NCBI GenBank assembly: GCA_963977445.1
Contig: CAXBPH010000144.1
Span: 1-17,299, forward strand
Source of the DNA: an uncultured bacterium
GTDB taxonomy: Bacteria; Hydrogenedentota; Hydrogenedentia; Hydrogenedentales; JAEUWI01
Reading direction: 5' to 3'
DNA: 17,299 bases
Numbering within the stretch: position 1 is the stretch's first letter; each line of letters begins with the position of its first letter. Of the stretch, positions 1 through 7,900 are shown piece by piece. A program made the position numbers and the translations under genes. The notes beneath the pieces are model-generated. The model did not search any database. It worked only from the letters and a program-made list of their open reading frames with translations, and had not been told where the DNA came from.

Positions 1-77
1 CAAAGATATCGTCAATTGGTATGCCTCGTGCGGCTACAGTTTAATTTAAAACGCTCTAGATAAAATCCGCACCTTCT

Positions 78-1745
78 TTAAAATGCGAGTTCGCCACCAG
101 ACTTCTTCAGCTTCTTTTCGATACGCTCCAGGCGTTTTCGGAAGGCACGGGCTTCCGGGCGCTCCAGGCCTGCGCTGCCTTCGGAGGTGGCGTAGTGGGT
201 GAGGGCTTCGCGGCAAAGCTGGGCGGCGGCGACAAGATCGCGGGTGCGATGCTCGTGGTGTTTTGCGAGCTCATGACTCGCCACGGGGTCGCCGGGAAAG
301 CCTTCCAGCAGGGATTCCCAGGTTTGCTGCATTTCTTCCCAGCGTGCCCGACGTTTACAGGCGTAGCCGAGCATTTCCAGGCATTCCCGACACAGGGGGG
401 AGCCTTCGACCTCGTCGAGGAAGGCCTGGGCGTGGATTAGGACTTCGTCGTAGTTCTTTTGTCGAAAGTGAATGCGCACGACGGACAATTTGTCCTCGTG
501 GTGTTCGAAGCCTTGTCCGGGCGGTCCATCAAGGCATTGCGACATCCAGGCGGTCAGCGATACGAGGGACAGAATATCCATCTCGTGGTGGTAGATGACG
601 CCTTCCAGGGGACGGCCATCCTGTTGCTCCAGGTAATTAAACCAGAGTTGAGGAATGAGGTAACTGGGCACGTCGCCTTCGCGGTGGATGGCGAGAATCT
701 CCCGCTCGATGTTGCCCAGGCTGCAATCCTTGAGGCGCTTTTTCCAGAAACGTCGGGCAGCATGGACCAGATCGAGGTGCTTCAGGGCACCCTCGCGGAA
801 GGGGATGCGGTTTTGAATGAAGCGGGTGCGCAGTAGGGGCAGGTCGAAGCTCTTTCCGTTGTAGCTCACCAGTGTTTCATGCCTGTTGAAAAGTTCCGCG
901 AGATACTGGAGCATGGGCTCTTCGTCATCGAAGTCGCGCATGATGCACTGGTCCAGACGGAAGCTATCTTCCGTAAAATAGCCCACGCCCACGAGAAAGG
1001 CCACCGTACCCGTGCCGCCGGAAAGGCCCGTGGTTTCCGTGTCGATGAAACAGGCGGTGCGGGGATCGAAGTCTTCGAGCTCCGGGTCACAGGCAGAAAA
1101 AGCGATGTGTTTGGATTGGCTCTGAAGCACACTGCCCAGCGTGACGATGCCCTGTCGATGTTCCAGGGGGTAGTCGTGCCGAATGAGATAAAAACCGAAT
1201 TCGTCGTCGCCATGGATTTCACCGGGGACGACGCGTTCCAGTTTATAGGTACCCGCTTCCCGTTCTTCCTGGGTGATGAGCGGCTGGTCGGCGAAGAAGG
1301 ACTCAATGGTATGGTTCGGCGCGACGCTCAGCCGATCCGTCAAATCACGGAGTCGATTGGCCTTCGCAGGTTCCGGTGCGCTTGTCGGCTCCCGGCGGGG
1401 CTTACGTGGGGGCGGGGGATTGGTCGCCCGCTCGGTCCGCCAGTCAGAGCCCGTCTTGAGGCCTTTGCTTTGCAGGAGGTCGGCGAGTTTGCTGATGGTA
1501 GGCTTGGGTGAACTTGGGGCTTTATTCTCGACCTCGTCGAACCCGTCATCGGTATATTCTGGTTCGTCCTCCCAGGAATCTTCGGCGAGCTCGTGGTAGA
1601 CCGGTTCATCGGACTCGTGGGACGCGTGGGATTCGCTCGGAGCTTGGGCCCGCTCAGCTGGTTCTGCCGATGGCTTCAGGTTGGCGCCGGTGGTGAGACC
1701 GTGGAGGTCCCGGAGGGCGTCAAGTTTTTTCTTCATGTTACTCAT
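78..1745 (-). CDS. mrfB: YprB/MrfB-like DEDD (RNase H-like fold) exonuclease with C-terminal TPR-like helical region and long acidic/Pro-rich N-terminal extension
   Basis: 555-aa ORF with FIDTETTGL (ExoI), SYNGKSFDLP (ExoII), HLDL and YHHEMDILSL (ExoIII). The C-terminus has ELAKHHEHRTRD...AAQLC. It lies 54 bp downstream of a DUF1998-type helicase, matching the B. subtilis mrfAB (yprAB) order. The start could be ATG 1745 or ATG 1736. Confidence 0.85.
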   Translation of the reverse strand: MSNMKKKLDALRDLHGLTTGANLKPSAEPAERAQAPSESHASHESDEPVYHELAEDSWEDEPEYTDDGFDEVENKAPSSPKPTISKLADLLQSKGLKTGSDWRTERATNPPPPRKPRREPTSAPEPAKANRLRDLTDRLSVAPNHTIESFFADQPLITQEEREAGTYKLERVVPGEIHGDDEFGFYLIRHDYPLEHRQGIVTLGSVLQSQSKHIAFSACDPELEDFDPRTACFIDTETTGLSGGTGTVAFLVGVGYFTEDSFRLDQCIMRDFDDEEPMLQYLAELFNRHETLVSYNGKSFDLPLLRTRFIQNRIPFREGALKHLDLVHAARRFWKKRLKDCSLGNIEREILAIHREGDVPSYLIPQLWFNYLEQQDGRPLEGVIYHHEMDILSLVSLTAWMSQCLDGPPGQGFEHHEDKLSVVRIHFRQKNYDEVLIHAQAFLDEVEGSPLCRECLEMLGYACKRRARWEEMQQTWESLLEGFPGDPVASHELAKHHEHRTRDLVAAAQLCREALTHYATSEGSAGLERPEARAFRKRLERIEKKLKKSGGELAF

Positions 1746-1799
1746 GGGGTAGTTTATCAGATTCCTGTATACAGGTAGGGAGTTGGGTGAGCGGAGTCA

Positions 1800-4115
1800 T
1801 CAGGTGGCGTCCCCAATGGGGGGCAGGTCCGTTGGCGGGCGCTCAACGCCCAGCGCCAGGTTTACAAGCCGGAGCGCACCATCTTTACCGTGCATGCCGG
1901 TTTCCAGGACACTGCCGACACAACTGGGGCAGCCTTCCGCGCAGGGGCAGTCGGTGAGCAGGGAGGTTGCGGCCTCCAAGAGGCGATTATGGTGGTTGAA
2001 GAGTTTTTCGCTGATGCCCACGCCGCCGGGGTAACGCTCATAGAGGAAGATGGTGGGGGCTTCGGTGGCGGGGGCGCGGAGCATGGCCTGGGCGCGGATG
2101 TCACTCGGATCGCAGAGCACCTGCACCGGCGCGACTTGCTTGAGGGCATTGGCCAGGGCATTCAGGGCTTCGCCCACCTCTTCCTTGTCGACACCAAAGC
2201 GTTCGGCCGTATTTTCGGGGAATTCTATCCAATAGCCCGTGGTGTGCATGGTTTGTTCGGGCAAATGAATCTCGCCCCAGCCGACGTTTTCGTGGGTGCC
2301 AAATTTTATCTTCTTATAAATCGTGGGAAGCCAGGTGACGCTGAGTTCGCCGCAGCACCGCTCCGTGTCATTCTCGGGTTTGGACTCGAAAACATCCAGC
2401 ACCTTCAGGTCGACTTTGGTTTCGGCGTCCGTGTAGTAATCCACCTCCACGGGGCGTGCATAGGCCTTGCGGTCTTCCAGGTCGAGTTCATCGATGGTGT
2501 ATTGGGCGCTCTGGTGGAGATAGATGGCGTTTTGATAGACCTCAGTAGGCGCGGCGAAGAAATCGATTTCGCCAATCACCCGGCCATTGTCGGACGTATC
2601 CAGTATGACCACATTGCCCGGGGCCGCCGTACGCAGGCTGATGTCCGACGCGGGGTAGGTGTCGGCACTCCAATGCCACTTGTTGCGCACCTTACGGAGG
2701 ACCCGGTTGTCCACCAGATAGTCCAGGATTTCTCCGGTAGACGTGGGGTCAAGGCCGAACGACTCGCCTTCCACAAAAGGAATTTCAAAGGCCGCACATT
2801 TCAGATGGCTGGTGAGGATGATGAGATTGTTCGGGTCCACCGTGGCACTTTCCGGCGGCTGGTCAAAGAAATACTCGGGGTGGCCGATAATATATTGGTC
2901 GATGGGGGCACTGGTCGCTATAAGAACGACCAACGCGACCGTGTTACGACGCCCGGCCCTACCGGCCTGTTGCCATGTGCTGGCGACACTGCCCGCGTAG
3001 CCCGTCATGATGCACACATCCAACGCGCCAATATCGATGCCCAATTCCAGGGCATTGGTGCTCACCACCGTCATGACTTTGCCGTCCCGGAGCCCTTGCT
3101 CGATTTCGCGGCGCTCCGTGGGCAGATAGCCTCCCCGATAGCCCTTCACCAGATGGTGACTCTTGCCCATCTTCCGCACCGCCTCTTTAAGGTAGGTGGT
3201 GAGGATTTCCACCCGCAGTCGGCTCCGGGCGAACACGATGGACTGAATATTCTTGGACAGGAGAGACCGGGCGAGGCGGGCCGCTTCCTTGACGGAGGAG
3301 CGGCGGATGCCCAATTCCTGATTTACCACGGGGGGATTATAAAAGAGAAAGTGCTTTTCCCCGGCGGGGGCACCGTTGTTGTCGATGAGGGTGACTTTTT
3401 CCTCGATGATTCGCTCGGCGATTTCCTGAGGGTTGGCAATGGTGGCACTGCAGCAGATGAACTTCGGGTGGGAACCATAAAAGGCACAAATCCGCTTCAG
3501 GCGACGGACCACATTGGCCAGATGACTCCCAAAGACGCCGCGATAGTGGTGGATTTCATCGATGACGACGTATTCCAGATTCTCGAAGAGGCGGATCCAG
3601 ATGGTGTGGTGGGGGAGGATGCCCGAATGAAGCATGTCGGGATTGGTCACCACGATGTTGCCCGCACTCCGCACCGCCTTCCGCGCGGACGCCGGGGTAT
3701 CGCCATCAAAGGTGTAGGTGCCGATTTTGACCTCCATCTCCTCGATGGTGTCCTTCAGCTCATTCATCTGATCCTGCGAGAGGGCCTTCGTGGGGAAGAG
3801 ATAAAGTGCGCGGGCCTGGGGGTTCTCCAGCATGCGGTTGAGGACCGGCAGGTTGTAGCACATCGTCTTGCCCGAGGCCGTCGGCGTCACCACACAGGTA
3901 TGCTCTCCCGCGAGGGTGGCAGCGATGGCCTCCGCCTGATGGGTGTAGAGCTGCGACACGCCCCGTTTTTGCAAGGCCTCTTTCAGCTTGGGATGGAGGG
4001 CCTCTGGAAAAGGCGCATTTCGCGCCGGGCGGGGGGGGATGGTGTGCCACTTCGTGAGATTGCGACAAAAATCCGCATCCCCACGAAGGGTGTCTATGGT
4101 CTGGGCTACATTCAT
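1800..4115 (-). CDS. mrfA: YprA/MrfA/Hrq1-family DExH-box SF2 helicase with C-terminal Zn-binding (DUF1998-type) domain
   Basis: Motifs: LYTHQAEA (Q), TPTASGKT (I), FPTKALSQDQ (Ia), TNPDMLH, DEIH (II), SAT (III), STNALELGIDIG (V), QQAGRAGRR (VI) and C-terminal CPCAEGCPSC. I moved the start from 4226 to ATG 4115 (MNVAQTID..., 771 aa) because GAGGTG lies about 10 nt upstream and the promoter at 4151-4180 falls inside the longer ORF. Confidence 0.92.
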   Translation of the reverse strand: MNVAQTIDTLRGDADFCRNLTKWHTIPPRPARNAPFPEALHPKLKEALQKRGVSQLYTHQAEAIAATLAGEHTCVVTPTASGKTMCYNLPVLNRMLENPQARALYLFPTKALSQDQMNELKDTIEEMEVKIGTYTFDGDTPASARKAVRSAGNIVVTNPDMLHSGILPHHTIWIRLFENLEYVVIDEIHHYRGVFGSHLANVVRRLKRICAFYGSHPKFICCSATIANPQEIAERIIEEKVTLIDNNGAPAGEKHFLFYNPPVVNQELGIRRSSVKEAARLARSLLSKNIQSIVFARSRLRVEILTTYLKEAVRKMGKSHHLVKGYRGGYLPTERREIEQGLRDGKVMTVVSTNALELGIDIGALDVCIMTGYAGSVASTWQQAGRAGRRNTVALVVLIATSAPIDQYIIGHPEYFFDQPPESATVDPNNLIILTSHLKCAAFEIPFVEGESFGLDPTSTGEILDYLVDNRVLRKVRNKWHWSADTYPASDISLRTAAPGNVVILDTSDNGRVIGEIDFFAAPTEVYQNAIYLHQSAQYTIDELDLEDRKAYARPVEVDYYTDAETKVDLKVLDVFESKPENDTERCCGELSVTWLPTIYKKIKFGTHENVGWGEIHLPEQTMHTTGYWIEFPENTAERFGVDKEEVGEALNALANALKQVAPVQVLCDPSDIRAQAMLRAPATEAPTIFLYERYPGGVGISEKLFNHHNRLLEAATSLLTDCPCAEGCPSCVGSVLETGMHGKDGALRLVNLALGVERPPTDLPPIGDAT

Positions 4116-4146
4116 GGTCGGGGTACACCTCGAGCTTGTTGGTGAG

Positions 4147-4164
4147 ACTGAATATAGCATCAGT
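4147..4164. promoter_or_regulatory. Palindromic operator candidate ACTGA-N8-TCAGT overlapping the -10 element
   Basis: ACTGAATATAGCATCAGT has CTG-N10-CAG geometry with an AT-rich centre and covers the predicted -10 of a DNA-repair operon. Confidence 0.35.
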
Positions 4165-4180
4165 GGTGAGGGGTTGGCAA
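4151..4180 (-). promoter_or_regulatory. sigma70-type promoter for the mrfAB operon
   Basis: The minus strand reads TTGCCA (4180-4175), 18 nt, TATATT (4156-4151), with an extended -10 TGn (TGC). The -10 ends about 35 nt upstream of ATG 4115. Confidence 0.6.
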
Positions 4181-4923
4181 GGGGGGGGCATGGGGGCGTT
4201 GATTGGGGCGCGCCGTTGCATGTCACGATAGGTTAGAAAAGCGGATGGGGCCTTTCCCTACAGGGGTTGGTCATTCCTCGCTGACATTGCGCCCCCTTGA
4301 TCTTACGCAGGCCGATAGGCGTCCTGTAGATGCGGCGCTCACACGTTGTAGCGGTCAATAGAAAATTCCCGCTCACGCAGTGTCGACCAGGATGCGCGCA
4401 ACCCCGCTCAAAAACGCGTTCGCGGGCCCAATCACTCCTCGCTGCCCCCGGTATATCGAAGTCGCGTGTACCCTCCAATTTGCGCGCGAGGTATACCGCA
4501 GGGTGTGTCTACAACATCCCAGTGACTACAGAGAGTTGCTTGTAATAGAAGAAATAGAAAGATAACAGAAACATAGTAATAAAAAAAAGAGAAGTACAAA
4601 AAGTGAAATATCTTTTATTGTATTAATGGTGTACAGTAAGGCCTTGCTGGGAAGTCTAACCCGTTAGAATATCACCGCACATACTGTGTACTCGCGCCGT
4701 GTAGATAGCCGCTGAATCGTTCGGCTGCCCTGCAGCATGCCATTCGTTACGAGCGATGGTAACGGCTTACGGGAGTGAAGCCTGATTCTGCTCTCATTTC
4801 GTCTAATTCCACCGGTGCCGCGTGCACGACGCGACCCCACTTGACACCACACCTGCTCCCTATCGGAACCACGGATACCCCCGCAGCCAGTCGGTCGACT
4901 GACCGCAGGCAAAGGATTACCAC

Positions 4924-7900
4924 ATGAAGAATTTGCTTATTCTCGCACTCATAATCGGGGGGGTGTCGTTTTGTGAAAGCGCCCACGCCTTCAAAATTAT
5001 CAATAAGACCGACAGGAATATGCTTTATAGTGTTTCGCTGAAAAACGGGACATTGGCGCGCTCCAGGGCCACTATAGCGAAAGGTCGTGAATCAGACGTC
5101 CCTGTCCCGGAACTCGGTAGTACAGAACTCCTGGTAACAATCTATTCCCTGAATTCTGGGTATATATCTTTTCCAGTCCCAACCGGCGACTGGGAGACCA
5201 TAGTGCGTATGCCAGCGAACGGCTCTCTGGAGATTCTGCAACAAAATCGGTATCAGCTTTCGATCTACACATCACCGGATTACTACGCGATTTCCCATAC
5301 TGCCAACGGAAGTGGATACGAATCTTCGGGACCAAGCGGTCTCCTACTCGGGGCTTCGCCATCGATTAGACCCGAAGATCGCGACATCCGTTTTCTTGTT
5401 ACAGGTGATCCCCAGTACTGGGTTGACGACGATGAACCCGATGCAGCACCGATGGTCGTCTATGCCGACAAGGTCATGGCGAAAATGATTGAAATATTTC
5501 AAGATGACTGGCCCCATACCCGCGGAATGATAGTGACTGGTGACCTGACCCAAGATGGTGACGTGTGTTTTACGTGTAGCAATGACGAGGAAGAAAGGGT
5601 AGGGCTTTACACCAAATCTTTGGGTGGATTGAAACGATTCTTCTATGACGGTTGGGGAAATCATGACGAAGATGCTAAGGACGATCTAGCTCTTGCAATT
5701 AAAGGTAGAAACACGATGCTGACGAGTCGGCAGGAGACCCACTATTCCTGGGACTGGCACGATGTGCACTTCGTCCAGTTGAATCTGTATCCCGGTAATG
5801 ACGAAGACTTCGATGAAGATGGCATGCAAGGCGGACCGGCACCGGAAAACAGTCTTGATTTCCTGGTAAATGATTTGCGTAACAACGTAGGTGATAGTGA
5901 TCGTCCCGTGGTCCTAATCCATCACTACGGATTCGAGCCTTTCTCAATAGAAAGAGACAATGGTCAGTTTTGGTGGACGCGAACTCAGCGAGACACCTAC
6001 AAGGCTGCAATGGCCAACTACAATGTGATCGCCCTGTTCACCGGACACGCCCATGGTCACGACCAAATTTATTTCGCGCAAGACTGGCAAATTGAAGTTC
6101 CCGGATTTGGGACCAATGGAGGTGTACTACCAGGCAGCGGCTCTGTGACAGATTTCGTCGCCGCTTCCGCCCGAGGCGTGGTAAAAGGTAGCACTAACGC
6201 GGGGGGCGTGTTCCTGGATGTTGAAATCAATGGGAACGACGAAATGATCGTCACCCGAAGAGACGGGAATGGCATCGCACTTGACCCGTCTCCAACCATC
6301 GTCATGTTCCAGTCCGCGCCGGGACCCAACAGACCTCCGGTTGCCCGTATTGGTGGACCGTACGTCTTTAGCGAGGGCGATCAAATTACGTTGGATGCCA
6401 GCGCCTCTACGGATCCGGATAGAACTGATGCCTTGGAGTATCGCTGGAAGTTGTTGGGAGAGAACGATTGGCGGGCTTGGGGGGCAGAACCCGACTTATC
6501 ATTCGGTCCATTTCCAGATCAAATCAGTATCCATGTATTTCTTGAAGTTCGGGATTCGGGCGGCTTAACCCACGCCGATTCCACGATTGTGCGCATCGAG
6601 AACGTGGCACCGGCCATCACGGCCACCGGCACCATCGACGCACTCGGTCGGGCTACCGTTCAGGGAACCATCTCAGACCCGGGAGTAAATGACAACTTCG
6701 TTTTGGCCATTCACTGGGTCACTGACAGTGCTGGGCGATTGTACGCATACCCCGCCGGGACCATGACTTTCGCCGAAACGTTTACCTTGTCTCCTGACCG
6801 ACTAACCGGCTCCACCTATCCAATCCACCTCGTGCTTTTTGACAAAGATGGCGGCGAAGGAACATTGCTCATCGACGCCCCAGTGGCGCCGTCGCCGCCG
6901 ATTATCACGTTCGATTCCGAGGTTACGGCACAGACTTACGAATCGCTGATACCAGTGCGTATTACGTTCAACGAGATCGTGACCGGTTTCGACATAAGTG
7001 ACATCGTAGTAGAGAACGCCACAATAGGTAACTTTATCACTATAGAAGACGGAGTGGTGTACGATTTTGAATTGACGCCTCTGTCGTTCGGCTTGGTTCG
7101 CGCGTCGATCCCGGCTGGCTCGGTAGTCGACAACCGTGGTACGCCCAACGAGGAACAATCGCCATTTCAACGGCTGTACGGTGCCGATCCAATCGACATG
7201 GTTACGGACACCGATGAGGATGGACTTAGCGACAGTAGCGAGAATTACGTACACAATACAGATCCGCTCAATCCCGACAGTGACGACGACGGTTTTCTCG
7301 ATGGTTACGAGGTAACTGTTGGAAGCGACCCTAATATCGATGAGGGTACGCAGCTTGCGACCTATGTGGACGTGAACGCAGCGGGCGCCGGGAATGGCAC
7401 GACCTGGGCCGATGCCTTTACCTCGATTCAGGCGGGCATCGATGTGGCGGGCGAGGTCTGGGTGGCAGCGGGCACCTACCCGGAAGCGCTGACATTTCGG
7501 TCCGGCGTATCGGTCTACGGCGGATTTTCCGGCATGGAGACGGCGGAAAACCAGCGCGACCCGGTGGCCAATGTGACGACGGTGGACGCCACGGGAATTG
7601 CCAGCAGTACGGTGACCCTTATTGGATGCACGGAGACGCGGCTGGACGGCTTCACGGTCACGGGGGGCAGCGGCACGGAATTCGACGCTTTAACCAGGGT
7701 GGGTGGCGGAATCTATATGACGAGTGCAGATGCCTCGAACGTAGTGGCGAACTGCGCGATCAGTGGTAATTCCGCGAAGTTAGGCGGCGGACTGTATTTT
7801 GTTGGCAATTGTTCCCCGACTCTAGTGAACTGTATGATTAATGGAAATTCTGCGGGTTACGATTACGGCGGCGGGCTGTTTATTGAGTCTAATTCCTCCC

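Noticed and set aside
1800..4115. DISARM/Druantia-type defence helicase interpretation
   Set aside because: No methylase, PLD nuclease or other defence genes are adjacent. The partner is a YprB-type exonuclease, fitting MrfAB.
1890..4145. 751-aa plus-strand ORF
   Set aside because: It is the antisense shadow of the helicase, with no recognisable motifs. Long antisense frames are expected with GC-biased codon usage.
4116..4226. 37-aa N-terminal extension of the helicase ORF
   Set aside because: It is Pro/Cys-rich non-homologous sequence overlapping the predicted promoter. ATG 4115 has a proper SD.
4640..4920. Possible riboswitch (e.g. c-di-GMP) or sigma70 promoter at TTGACA 4841 before the large gene
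   Set aside because: Only small hairpins are visible (e.g. CAGTCG-GT-CGACTG at 4888-4901), no riboswitch consensus is recognisable, and TTGACA has no matching -10. An Rfam search would be needed to exclude it fully.
4233..4986. Short ORFs of 61-82 aa in the divergent intergenic region
   Set aside because: They overlap one another on both strands, with no motifs and no convincing RBS.
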